A stretch of 58,976 bases of DNA from Candidatus Woesearchaeota archaeon (lineage in GTDB: Archaea; Nanobdellota; Nanobdellia; Pacearchaeales; GW2011-AR1): the NCBI GenBank assembly GCA_964406515.1, contig CAYORV010000003.1, forward strand, positions 1-58,976, in the 5' to 3' direction. Numbering within the stretch: position 1 is the first letter of the stretch; the number at the start of each line of letters is the position of its first letter. A model generated the notes under the pieces. It made no database searches. It saw only the letters and a list, made by a program, of their open reading frames with translations, and had not been told where the DNA came from. Positions 8,849-18,934 of the stretch are shown here, one piece after another. The position numbers were made by a program, and so were the translations under genes.

Positions 8849-9100
8849 TTAATTTGAAGAAATATCTACAGAAAAACCAAATTCCTCTAATATAAATTTA
8901 GCTAAACCAACAGGGTCTTTTAACATTATCATCCCTTTTTTAAATGCGCTAAAATCATCTATTTTAAGATATCCTTCCAAATTTTTAGCTCTATCTTCAT
9001 TTCCTCGTATAATACAATAAACATGTTCTCCATTGATATCAAGATAAAAATTTTTATTTGAAAAAGATACTGTTGACATAGATAGGATATACTCTTTCAA
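8849..9100 (-). CDS. Hypothetical protein
   Basis: 83-aa ORF, TTG start, no motif. Confidence 0.4.
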   Translation of the reverse strand: MKEYILSMSTVSFSNKNFYLDINGEHVYCIIRGNEDRAKNLEGYLKIDDFSAFKKGMIMLKDPVGLAKFILEEFGFSVDISSN

Positions 9101-9114
9101 CTATTTATTTTTTT

Positions 9115-10008
9115 CTAAATCTCCAAAACATCCAAATCTTTCGCTACAGAAGAATTCTTGAAGATCTTCTTGGCGTCATTCAAAATCTTACTCGGTTCTT
9201 TCTCATATCTTTGGCTTATGTGAGTCAAGATTAATTTCTTAACCTTAGCTTTTTTCGCAATTTGACCAGCTTGTTTTGCTGTCAAATGATTATGTTTCTT
9301 TGCTTTTTCTTCAAGTTCTGAATTAAATGTAGATTCAGAAATAAACAAATCAGAATTCTTAACAAATGGAAAAATTCCTGGATTTACTGATGTATCCAAA
9401 ACAAAGGAAATTTTCTTCCCATCTTCTTGAAATGTCAAATTTTTTGCCAAATATTTTTTGCCTTTGTATGTTATATTTTTTCCTTCTTTTAATTTTTTCA
9501 AAAGAGGTCCTGAAGGAAGTTTAGATTTTTTCAACTTATCTCGATCTATCCTCAATTTTCCTTTCTTAACAAAAGCATATGCATTGCAAGGAATTCCGTG
9601 AGTCATTTTCTTGGCTTCGATATAAAAATCATCTGTCTCAAAAAATTTCCCGTCAACTTCTTCAATTTTAATTTTTCCCCTATCTTTAAAAACAAATGTT
9701 CTAAAAAGATTTCCCATAAATTGTTTAGTTCCACGAGGACCATAAATAAAAAGAGTTTTGTTATAACCGCTCAATGCCAATGTTTGAAGTAAACCTGGAA
9801 GTCCCAAAACATGATCTCCGTGCCAATGAGTAATCAAAATCCGAGTAACCTTGCAAGGATTAATCTTCGCTTTCCTCATTTGTCTTTGAGTTCCCTCCCC
9901 ACAATCTAAAAGAATATTCTCCCCGCCATAAGTAAGTAAAATAGACGTCGGATTTCTTTCAGCACTGGGTATTGAATCAGATGTTCCTAAAAAAGTTATT
10001 CTTACCAT
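9115..10008 (-). CDS. rnz: Ribonuclease Z
   Basis: FLGT, LLDCGEGTQRQ, THWHGDH metallo-beta-lactamase motif, exosite GP loop, LTHISQRY. Confidence 0.95.
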   Translation of the reverse strand: MVRITFLGTSDSIPSAERNPTSILLTYGGENILLDCGEGTQRQMRKAKINPCKVTRILITHWHGDHVLGLPGLLQTLALSGYNKTLFIYGPRGTKQFMGNLFRTFVFKDRGKIKIEEVDGKFFETDDFYIEAKKMTHGIPCNAYAFVKKGKLRIDRDKLKKSKLPSGPLLKKLKEGKNITYKGKKYLAKNLTFQEDGKKISFVLDTSVNPGIFPFVKNSDLFISESTFNSELEEKAKKHNHLTAKQAGQIAKKAKVKKLILTHISQRYEKEPSKILNDAKKIFKNSSVAKDLDVLEI

Positions 10009-10043
10009 AACTAAAAGAACAGAAAATCATTTATATAATTTAC

Positions 10044-10301
10044 TTACTCTTTTTTCAAAACAGTTGATGCCGGAGAAATAAAAATTATTGTGTCACCTCT
10101 CAAAAAACCAAGGCCAAGATTTCTCTTTACCTCGTTGTCCTGCATTTCTTTGATATTATCTAACACTAAGTTAATATGTATATCAAACGCCAAGAGGGTT
10201 CCTACAAATTGTTTATCTCCTTTCAAGTGCACTAAAACTTCTTTTCCCTTCGAGTTATTCAATAAATCCAAGGGCCTTTCAATTCCGTTAACCATATTCA
10301 A
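10044..10301 (-). CDS. Sm-like (LSm) protein
   Basis: RPLDLL...GTLLAFDIHINLVL...LRGDTIIFISP. Confidence 0.92.
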   Translation of the reverse strand: MNMVNGIERPLDLLNNSKGKEVLVHLKGDKQFVGTLLAFDIHINLVLDNIKEMQDNEVKRNLGLGFLRGDTIIFISPASTVLKKE

Positions 10302-10386
10302 TTCATCATAATCCTGTTTATAAAAGTTTCCCCCGCAAAATTACACAAACAAAAAGATATTTAAATCAATCTTATTGCTTTCTAAT

Positions 10387-10740
10387 ATGAAGCGAGGGAA
10401 AAAAATATCCGGAGGACGATATGTCCAAAATAGAAAAAAGAAATCCTATGAAATAGCTGGGCAAAGAAGAATTATTAAAATTAGTGAAGAGAAAAGAAAA
10501 GCGCAAAGAACAAAGGGCGGAAAAAAGAAAATTATTTTACTTGGAGCAAAATTTGTAAATATTCAGGGGAAAGACAAAAAAGCAGAAATAAAAAACGTTT
10601 TAGAAACTCCTTCAAATAGATTCCTCGCCAGACAAAATATATTAACAAAGGGAACAATCCTAGACACAGACCAAGGAAAAGTCAAAATAACAAACAGACC
10701 AACACAAGAAGGTGTTGTAAATGGAATTCTAGTTGAATAA
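10387..10740 (+). CDS. rps8e: 30S ribosomal protein S8e
   Basis: RTKGG, VLETPSNRFLARQNILTKGTIL, TNRPTQEGVVNG; ATG 10387 preferred over TTG 10375. Confidence 0.92.
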   Translation: MKRGKKISGGRYVQNRKKKSYEIAGQRRIIKISEEKRKAQRTKGGKKKIILLGAKFVNIQGKDKKAEIKNVLETPSNRFLARQNILTKGTILDTDQGKVKITNRPTQEGVVNGILVE

Positions 10741-10840
10741 TCTCTTTTTGATTTTTTACTTCTGTATCATAACAATAAAAAACAAAAGCTTTATATAAGC
10801 AAAAGCTTTATAAACCTTACGGAAACCCCCTACCACTAAA

Positions 10841-11758
10841 ATGAGTTTTGTTAAAAAATGCCCAGAATGCGGGAGTATCAATATTACTTCAGACGAATAT
10901 TTAGGAGAAGTTACTTGTAATGACTGTGGTCTTGTCATTGAAGAAAAAATGGCAGATACAGGAATTGATATGCAGGGAAAATTTGACAAAGATGATAAAA
11001 AAGGTCGAGGAGGAGCCCCGATAAGTATACAAAAATTCGACAAAGGATTGACAACAAATGTCGGAGAAATTTCAGACATCTACAAACTAGAACCAGGACA
11101 AACAAGAAAATTCTTAAGACTTAAAAAATGGCAAGAAAGAGTTTCCACTAGTATTGAAAGAAATTTAAGATTGGCCATGGCAGAACTCAGAGTAATAGCT
11201 TCTTACTTAACCCTCCCAAATGTTGTTCGTGATGAAGCAGCCAGAATATACAATTATGTATTACAAAGGGGATTGGTCAGAGGTAGAAGTATGGAATCTG
11301 TAATTGCCGCTTGTTTATACGCTGCATGCAGATCTTATGACATTCCAAGAACCCTCGACGAAATGGCAACAGCCTCAGACGTTGAAAGAAAAGAAATCGG
11401 AAGAACTTACAGATTCATAATCAGAAAATTAGGAATTAGAATTAAACAAAGTTCACCTAAAGATTATATTTCAAGATTTTCATCAGTTCTAAAATTATCT
11501 CCAAAAACACAAAATGATGCTTTGGATGTATTAAGACAAGCAGAAAAAGTCGAGCTTACATCTGGAAGAGGGCCTGCTGGAATTGCTGCCGCAGCACTTT
11601 ATGTTGCAGCACTAATAAACGATGAAAAGAAAACACAAAGAGAAGTAGCAGATATTGCAGGAATAACAGAAGTAACAATAAGAAACCGATACAAGGAACT
11701 AATAGAAAAATTAAAGCTCGGTGAAAAAATAAAAGAAAAAGAAGTTAGAAAAAAATAG
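10841..11758 (+). CDS. tfb: Transcription initiation factor IIB
   Basis: CPECGS...CNDCG Zn ribbon, ERNL, RGRS, TQREVA...TEVTIRNRYKEL. Confidence 0.97.
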   Translation: MSFVKKCPECGSINITSDEYLGEVTCNDCGLVIEEKMADTGIDMQGKFDKDDKKGRGGAPISIQKFDKGLTTNVGEISDIYKLEPGQTRKFLRLKKWQERVSTSIERNLRLAMAELRVIASYLTLPNVVRDEAARIYNYVLQRGLVRGRSMESVIAACLYAACRSYDIPRTLDEMATASDVERKEIGRTYRFIIRKLGIRIKQSSPKDYISRFSSVLKLSPKTQNDALDVLRQAEKVELTSGRGPAGIAAAALYVAALINDEKKTQREVADIAGITEVTIRNRYKELIEKLKLGEKIKEKEVRKK

Positions 11759-11798
11759 TTTTCTAAAGATTTTTATATATTAAATTTGTGATAATTCT

Positions 11799-11858
11799 AT
11801 CAGCCTTGAGCAGTATCTTAAAGGAAGGGTTGATAAGGGAAACCTTAGTTTCCTTTAT
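11799..11858. mobile_element. Short hairpin element of the 33092-33252 family, directly 5' of tRNA-Leu
   Basis: ATCAGCCTTGAG...TATCTTAAAGGAAG...GGAAACCTTAGTTTCC. Confidence 0.7.
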
Positions 11859-11942
11859 GCGGGGATGCCGGAGTGGTCAAACGGGACAGGTTTAGGACCT
11901 GTTAGCTTAGTGCTTACCAAGGTTCGAATCCTTGTCTCCGCA
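11859..11942 (+). tRNA. tRNA-Leu(UAG)
   Basis: GCGGGGA/TCTCCGC acceptor, ACAGG-TTTAGGA-CCTGT, long variable arm, TTCGAAT. Confidence 0.95.
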
Positions 11943-12011
11943 TATGGATTCTCACCTTACAGGTTTCCCAAGGGATGACTCGGGAAGAGCCGCGAATCCT
12001 TGTCTCCGCAT
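11925..12011 (+). repeat. 19-bp direct repeat of the tRNA-Leu 3' end around a 49-bp insert
   Basis: CGAATCCTTGTCTCCGCAT at 11925-11943 and 11993-12011. Confidence 0.9.
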
Positions 12012-15000
12012 TATATAATTTTCTTCTTCAACAATTCCTTAAGCCACTTCATATTATTTGCACCAAACACTTGACCAAGGCCTCTAAAATCCCTACATTC
12101 TTCCTTAGTCAAAATTCCATCAAAAAGAAGTTCATTAATAAACACCATATTTTCAGAATATTTTCCTCCACTTCTCCTACCTTCAATTTGAAGTAAAATA
12201 TTAGTTTCCTTAATAGCAAAATCTACTATCCACTTCTCTCGTTCTTCTATTTCATCACTAGTTCCTTCAGGAGCATACCTAAATGCTCTATAAACATACC
12301 ATTCATCCAACATAATTTCATAATTCTCTAATTTAACCTTGCTTCTTTCATAAGGGTCACCATAAGCATAAACACGAGTTCTATCAGTATTATAATGAGA
12401 AAAAATTGCAGTGTGTTGCGTTTTTTCACAATTCTGGCCAAACACCACAACATCTCCTTTCTCTAATTTACTTGCATCAACTTCAACAAAATCAGTGGTT
12501 CCATCAAACAAAACAATCAAATTATCAATTGCATCCAATGCACAAGCAGTATCTTCAAGTTCTAATCCCGGTGTGCTTATCCCTGCACCAATCAAAACTC
12601 TTGTAACAAATCTAGAACAAACATTGCTTTTTTCCTTTCTTCCTTTTTCATTAATCCTATATTCATTATATCCTTCATCTGCATAATTCTTAGCAATCTC
12701 CCAAATTCTTTTCCCTGTTGGACTTGCTGAATCTGAACTTGAACTTGAACCACTTTCAGAAGTTGGAAATTCCTCTTCAACATGATTCTCAATAAAGTCT
12801 TCTACTGAAGCCAAAGTATCTTCTCCAGTATCACGATATCCTGCTATAAAATAGGTTGGTACACCTTTTATTTCTCCAGGGTGTATAAATATTATTTCAC
12901 CGCCTTCTCTACCAGAACAGAAACCTTTACCATAATCATTACAATAATCATAATTAAGTTTATTTGGCCATGATCCACCAATTACGATTATTTTATCATA
13001 ACCTTGAACATCTTCCCATTCTCCTGACCGACTACCTGTTGGCTCGTCTGTTATCACAAGTGTAACATCATACCCTTTTTCTTCTAATGCTTCTTTAATT
13101 AGTTCTGCAGCTGGCAAATCATTATCATTTCCTCGAGAAGCAGAATAATGAACAACAACTGTTTCACCAAGAGAGATATATTCTTCTTCCTCCTTTTCTT
13201 CAACTTCTTCTTCCCCCGTTTCTAAACTAAAAAGAATTTGAGCCCCTTCATAAAAATCCTTTCCTTCTAAAGATTCTATAAGTTTAATAGGCTCACCATG
13301 AAAATTCCCAGAAGCAATAATTCTCGGAACAGTTATCCAATCCACTTTATCAGGACTCCATTCCCATTTATTATTTTGAAATCTAAAATAAAACAAAGTA
13401 GTGGGCAATTCTGTTTTCCTATATCTAAAAGTAAACTCTTTTTTAGAATTCATTTCAGCATTATCTGCATACAATTTTCCATTAAACTTGCCAAAACCAC
13501 CTTCTTCACTTTCTCTGACAACTGTATCAATTAAAATCTCTAACCCTTGCGCATAACTTTTTCCATCTAATTTCTGAATCAATTCTCCATTATCTTTTGT
13601 AGGTTCATCTTCATCATATCTTCCACCACTAACAACAATTGTAGAAACTTTCATCCAATTTTCTTCATCAGGAGACCAATACCATCCCGCGGAATATGCA
13701 TAATGCAAATTAGAAACCAATACATTTCCATCCTTATATTCAAAAATAGGAAAATCAAATTCTTCTATCTTATCTTCTTCTTCCCCTTCTTTATCTTCTT
13801 CTTCCTCTCCTTCCCCCGCAGTCTTCAATTTCTCCATTTCTTCTTTTATAGAACGTCTCGCAATATCTGCATAAGCATTTCCCCTCAATAAAAACATATA
13901 AGCCTTCTCTTTATTCAAGAAAACCTTATCAAAAATTTCTTCAATTAAAACCAATTGCTTAAAAGAATCTCCTTCATTAGAAATTTCTTCCACCTTAGAA
14001 TTAAATTCTGCTTCACTAATATAATTTCCTTCATTTCTCAACAAATCTAAATAATCTTCAGCCACCTCTTCTAAAACATTACCTTCAATTTCTACACCTT
14101 CAATAATATCTCTTATATTTTCTGTATCAAGCCAACATCCTATATTTTCAGAATCACAATAACCAACCTGCTTCCATCTTGAACTCTCTGTTCCAGCATA
14201 AGAATCAGAACCAATTCCCGGATTTCCCGTAGCACAAGTTCTTATAATTCCATAATTAGCATCATCAAAAATCATTCCAGAAATACATTCTGTTTCTGTT
14301 TTAATATCTGCATCTGTTACTTGACTAGCCACATACAAATCACTAACATAATCAACTACAAATGAAGTTGAAACCTCCTTGAAACCACATTCTTCTTGTC
14401 CATTAACATTAATACATAATTGCTGGTATCCAGAAGCTTCAGTCAAATCTCTTGTTTCTGTAGCATATTCACCAACTCCCACATAACCAGAAGCTATCAT
14501 TAATGTCGAGGAAGTATCTTGATAATAAGAACTTCCTGGAATCCCTTTCAAATAAACTTGATAATACGACCCTGAATTCTTTCCTGCAAATATATGATAA
14601 AACACTTTGTAATGAGATGTTGGAGGCACTGTCACCGACGAGAAAGGTATTTCATCAAATCTTCCATGGAATTGTGCAGGAGAATCTGGTTCTGACAATG
14701 TATCAAGCAAATCCGCACCCTTTGGATAAACTCCTGAAACAGATAACTTACAAAGTTCCCCTCCTACTTCTTCTGTAGACCTTGATTTAAATGCCTTAAA
14801 TGAATTTGCTCCATAATATTGTGTGAAATAATTAACAGAACCTTTAGCGTCAGCCCATGCATCTGCAACAGTCAAATATTCTCCACCCCCCCTACTACCT
14901 TGCCCAAATAATCTTCCAATCAAACTTGGAATTGCAAGGTCTACTAAAGGAAGTGCTTGTCTCCAGAAAAACTCACATATATAAATACTATGAATCTCAT

Positions 15001-18000
15001 CGCAAATTCCAATCATTTCTCCAGTATCCAAGGAATTCTGCAAACAATCTCTGTAAGAAGTTTTCACAGAAAGCCATCCATCAATTCCTGCTTTTACTCC
15101 AGTTAAACAAACAGGCATTGCAATTCCCTCTTGCATATTTGGTAAACATAATACTAAACTTCCAATAATCCCTGATTGAACAACATCTCTCACAGGATAA
15201 GCTCCTCCTAAATCACATCTACTTGAAGGACAAATTACAGGATCACAAACATTAAATAAAAGATTACAATCTTTTGGAGACATAAAATCCTGACATTCCA
15301 TTCCAGGAATATCTACTGCCGGTGCACCTACACTAACTGTTTCTCCTAAAATTTTAACATTTCCTGATAAACCAGAACCATAAGCTCTTGATGCTTGTTC
15401 AATTGCCCTAAATGCATCATTAACTAAATCTTCTGCATCATCCTCATCAAGCCCTTCAAACTGATCAAAAGGCCCTGTCCTTCGATTAACCATTCCACAA
15501 TCATCTACTCCAATACCTTCTTCCAACCCATTCTCTCCAACATTACACAACCAAAAACTACTGACAGCACCAGAATCATCAAATGCCCTAATATTTCCAC
15601 CAACAGGCAATGTCTGTTTTGTTGCAGCATACCAACCATGCTTTAAATCAAAAGGCACAATTGCAGGCCGACCCTTGTACGGCTCTGTCTCATAATATCT
15701 CAGTTCAGCATTCTTGTATTCATTTTCATAAGATGAAGAATCATATTTTTGAAAGTAAATATCTTTTAATCCAGATACATATTTCCCAGGATTTTCAACA
15801 AGATTCCCATCAGAATCATATATCATCAACTCATCAGTAGGAACCAACGTAAGACTGGCAGGACTAAGTCCAGAATATCTTTCCAACCTCTTTATTGGAA
15901 TATTCTCTCCAAAAGAATCATCTAAAACAATTATATAAATTTCTCCTTGATATTGCATCAATTGGACTGGAGTATCTGGTTCTAATTCCACCGAACTATC
16001 TAAGACAGAATATTTCATTATTTTCGTCTTTTCTTTTATATCTTCATAAGTTAATCCCTTATACGCAATTCTCTTTGTATCTTTAGTTTCATAAAGTCCT
16101 ATATCTTTTGCATTAATATTAAAATCTCCTGCTATATTACTTCTTTCTACATAATCCCCTGCATTTTCCCTAACATCAAAAAGTATGGAATAAAGCTCTC
16201 TCTCAGCTAAACTTTGTGCTTCAGAACTTGCACTATCGTCTTTCAAAACTTTCGCCCAAAGTTCAATCTCTCTTAATTGCTCTTGACTATAATACCTATT
16301 TTTCCAACCACTATAATTTAAAATAGTTAGCATATCGTCTTTGGTAATTGCTTCTTCATTTCCATCTGGATCTGCAAAACTATCTGGAAAACTATCATCC
16401 CAATAATTTATAACTTGAGTTGAATATTTTTTCATAAATTCATCAGTGTTAACCGTGCTTGTTCCAAACAAATCTGTCTCTGTAATTCCTTTTTCTAATT
16501 CTTTCATCTGCTTATTTTGTTCAACAATTAATTCAGAAAGTTTAGTTACATCATTGTCAATTGTGTCAGCATTATCCAACAAACATTTATCAATTGAAAC
16601 ACCAGTTTCACTCGAGATGTCTGTGCATTTCTCATACCATCCTCCGCTACCCCTCATAATATGTCCTCTCGCAATTCCTGTTCCACCTGCATTTGCCATA
16701 AAATTTTTGAAAACCAAACCAGCTCCTGTTACAACACATGCTTTCTGAAGTACTTCAACAGTTTTTCCCACACCTTCAGAAAAATTCTGCCATTTCCCAA
16801 TTTGACTATCTAGATTCTCAATTCTTTCTTTAATCTTTTCAGGAGGCAACTTAAATGCTCTTTTCTCAATATCAACCCTAAATCCAAAACTTGCCTCTGT
16901 TCCAGAGTCTTCAATACCTGGAATAACAGAAACTTTTGCTGTCTTCTTAAGATTTACATCAGACAAAGTAAATGTATATCCTCCATAACTTTTTGAAACA
17001 TCTTTCCCTAAAATCAAAGTCTTTTCTTTTCTTCCAGCATTAATTTCAATCTTTGCAGAATCTTGTTCAAGAGAAATTAATTGTATTGTATCTGTTTTAT
17101 CATTAATATAAATAAGTTTATTTTTCCTAGCCTCATAAGAATCTGTTCCTTCTGAATCCTGCACAAGTATTTCTGCACCATAATCCTCAAAACTTGGCTC
17201 ATAGATTCCATCAAAAACAATTTTCTTAGTCTCTCCATTAATAGTCACATAATTTGTAGCAATCTCTTGATTTGAAAGTAGATATTCATTATCACAATAC
17301 TCTTCGATGTTTTTCTCAGAGTTAGGATACAAAAACTTAAACTCATCGCACAATTCAAGAACAGTCCTCTTCTGTTCCCCATCCCAAGCAAGAACAATCT
17401 TTTTATACAAAGCTTCTTCGCCAAAAGTCCTATCATTTAAATCAACATGAGATTCTCCAGAAAAACTATCTATCACTGTTTCATAATCATCAACTGCATC
17501 CTGATATTCACTGATGCCTTCTATTACAATACTATCAATTGGTTCTGTAAATCCATTCAAAATAGCTTTCTCTCCTGATACATCTATGAATGAATGTCTA
17601 ACAATTTCTTCTTTCCTATAATTAATCATATTATAAAATTCATTATCTTTTACACTTTTGGCAACTATATCCAATACTCCTGCAATTCCTTTTACACCAT
17701 CAGCAGCAACACTAACAAGTCCTCCCTTAAAATCATTATATAATAATTCTCCAACAACAATATTATAATAATTTAAATCTCCTTCTGTTAATCTATCCAT
17801 ATGTTCTGACATTGAAACCAAAAAAACAAACAAACCATTCACATCTTTTGCATCATTCTTAGTTCCAATATAACCTACATAAACAGACCTTAAACCATCT
17901 GCTGTTTTGTAAATATGATCTCCCAAACCAACCTCTTTCTCAACTCCACCAATACTCAAATTTACTTTTGGGCTAATAGTAAAATCCATTCTTTCTACTC

Positions 18001-18934
18001 CCTCATCTTCATTACACTTAATCCTAATTTCTTGCACAAGTCCTTTTTTCTCTAACCTAATAACTTCGCACTTGTTATCCAAAAACTTCTCATTTTTTGC
18101 AACTTCATAAATATTAGCATTAACTTTTATCAAGGCTCTTGAATCAGAAGCCTCTAAACTATTTAGTTTTAATCTCAAACTTGCTAAACAATCAAATCCA
18201 GGAAGATATATTTCTCCAGAAGTTTCTCCCTTATCCAATGAAACACTTTGAAGCTTATCATCTCCTGAATAAATTGAGATTACTGCACTATCTTGTCCCA
18301 CATCATCAGCTTTCAAGTATCCCTTATTATTCCAAAAACCATACTGGTATTTCTTTTTTTCCCAGTCAGAATCTTCTAATTCCGGCAAGTAAAAATTTGC
18401 TCTGCCAATTCCAAATGCATTCTTAACATCATATCTAATTCTTGCAGTAAGATTTCCTGAAACAAAATCCGGCATTGCCGAAGCATTTGCTTGTTTTTTC
18501 AAAACTATAACAACATAACCAATATTATTTAGGATAGGATTATTCAAAGCCCCCTTAACACCCAATGCAGCTTGTGCAGGATGAAAAGCGATTCCTTCTA
18601 CTTCTGGAGGATACTCTCCTGAAAAAGAAATGCTCTCAATTGCTTCAACATCTACCAAGGGATTAATCTTTGTCGCTCCTAACCTACAAAAAACAGGAAC
18701 ATTTTGTTCTTCAAGTAAATCAGTTCTTACAACCGCAGGAGTACATCCAAAAGGAGCAATCTGAATTATAAAATCCTGTCCTTGTTCACATGTTGCGCCA
18801 CCAAACTCTTCAGTTCTATCACTCATATATTGCACATACGCAGGAGTAGAACGCATAGCCGATGATGCAAAAGACAAAGTCAAAACTAAAAATATGAAAA
18901 CCATTCCAATTTTTAAAATTCTATCTTGCTTCAT
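12011..18934 (-). CDS. Giant secreted protein (2307 aa): Cys-rich core, internal repeats, C-terminal NlpC/P60-like domain
   Basis: N-terminal signal peptide; NVCSRFVTRVLIGAG...LEKGDVVVFG...QHTAIF near the C-terminus. Confidence 0.75.
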   Translation of the reverse strand: MKQDRILKIGMVFIFLVLTLSFASSAMRSTPAYVQYMSDRTEEFGGATCEQGQDFIIQIAPFGCTPAVVRTDLLEEQNVPVFCRLGATKINPLVDVEAIESISFSGEYPPEVEGIAFHPAQAALGVKGALNNPILNNIGYVVIVLKKQANASAMPDFVSGNLTARIRYDVKNAFGIGRANFYLPELEDSDWEKKKYQYGFWNNKGYLKADDVGQDSAVISIYSGDDKLQSVSLDKGETSGEIYLPGFDCLASLRLKLNSLEASDSRALIKVNANIYEVAKNEKFLDNKCEVIRLEKKGLVQEIRIKCNEDEGVERMDFTISPKVNLSIGGVEKEVGLGDHIYKTADGLRSVYVGYIGTKNDAKDVNGLFVFLVSMSEHMDRLTEGDLNYYNIVVGELLYNDFKGGLVSVAADGVKGIAGVLDIVAKSVKDNEFYNMINYRKEEIVRHSFIDVSGEKAILNGFTEPIDSIVIEGISEYQDAVDDYETVIDSFSGESHVDLNDRTFGEEALYKKIVLAWDGEQKRTVLELCDEFKFLYPNSEKNIEEYCDNEYLLSNQEIATNYVTINGETKKIVFDGIYEPSFEDYGAEILVQDSEGTDSYEARKNKLIYINDKTDTIQLISLEQDSAKIEINAGRKEKTLILGKDVSKSYGGYTFTLSDVNLKKTAKVSVIPGIEDSGTEASFGFRVDIEKRAFKLPPEKIKERIENLDSQIGKWQNFSEGVGKTVEVLQKACVVTGAGLVFKNFMANAGGTGIARGHIMRGSGGWYEKCTDISSETGVSIDKCLLDNADTIDNDVTKLSELIVEQNKQMKELEKGITETDLFGTSTVNTDEFMKKYSTQVINYWDDSFPDSFADPDGNEEAITKDDMLTILNYSGWKNRYYSQEQLREIELWAKVLKDDSASSEAQSLAERELYSILFDVRENAGDYVERSNIAGDFNINAKDIGLYETKDTKRIAYKGLTYEDIKEKTKIMKYSVLDSSVELEPDTPVQLMQYQGEIYIIVLDDSFGENIPIKRLERYSGLSPASLTLVPTDELMIYDSDGNLVENPGKYVSGLKDIYFQKYDSSSYENEYKNAELRYYETEPYKGRPAIVPFDLKHGWYAATKQTLPVGGNIRAFDDSGAVSSFWLCNVGENGLEEGIGVDDCGMVNRRTGPFDQFEGLDEDDAEDLVNDAFRAIEQASRAYGSGLSGNVKILGETVSVGAPAVDIPGMECQDFMSPKDCNLLFNVCDPVICPSSRCDLGGAYPVRDVVQSGIIGSLVLCLPNMQEGIAMPVCLTGVKAGIDGWLSVKTSYRDCLQNSLDTGEMIGICDEIHSIYICEFFWRQALPLVDLAIPSLIGRLFGQGSRGGGEYLTVADAWADAKGSVNYFTQYYGANSFKAFKSRSTEEVGGELCKLSVSGVYPKGADLLDTLSEPDSPAQFHGRFDEIPFSSVTVPPTSHYKVFYHIFAGKNSGSYYQVYLKGIPGSSYYQDTSSTLMIASGYVGVGEYATETRDLTEASGYQQLCINVNGQEECGFKEVSTSFVVDYVSDLYVASQVTDADIKTETECISGMIFDDANYGIIRTCATGNPGIGSDSYAGTESSRWKQVGYCDSENIGCWLDTENIRDIIEGVEIEGNVLEEVAEDYLDLLRNEGNYISEAEFNSKVEEISNEGDSFKQLVLIEEIFDKVFLNKEKAYMFLLRGNAYADIARRSIKEEMEKLKTAGEGEEEEDKEGEEEDKIEEFDFPIFEYKDGNVLVSNLHYAYSAGWYWSPDEENWMKVSTIVVSGGRYDEDEPTKDNGELIQKLDGKSYAQGLEILIDTVVRESEEGGFGKFNGKLYADNAEMNSKKEFTFRYRKTELPTTLFYFRFQNNKWEWSPDKVDWITVPRIIASGNFHGEPIKLIESLEGKDFYEGAQILFSLETGEEEVEEKEEEEYISLGETVVVHYSASRGNDNDLPAAELIKEALEEKGYDVTLVITDEPTGSRSGEWEDVQGYDKIIVIGGSWPNKLNYDYCNDYGKGFCSGREGGEIIFIHPGEIKGVPTYFIAGYRDTGEDTLASVEDFIENHVEEEFPTSESGSSSSSDSASPTGKRIWEIAKNYADEGYNEYRINEKGRKEKSNVCSRFVTRVLIGAGISTPGLELEDTACALDAIDNLIVLFDGTTDFVEVDASKLEKGDVVVFGQNCEKTQHTAIFSHYNTDRTRVYAYGDPYERSKVKLENYEIMLDEWYVYRAFRYAPEGTSDEIEEREKWIVDFAIKETNILLQIEGRRSGGKYSENMVFINELLFDGILTKEECRDFRGLGQVFGANNMKWLKELLKKKII

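Noticed and set aside
12406-18426. Many short ORFs overlapping the giant gene, and similar ones opposite ftsY, srp54, the DHH gene, radA and others
   Set aside because: Antisense or alternate-frame shadows with no motifs
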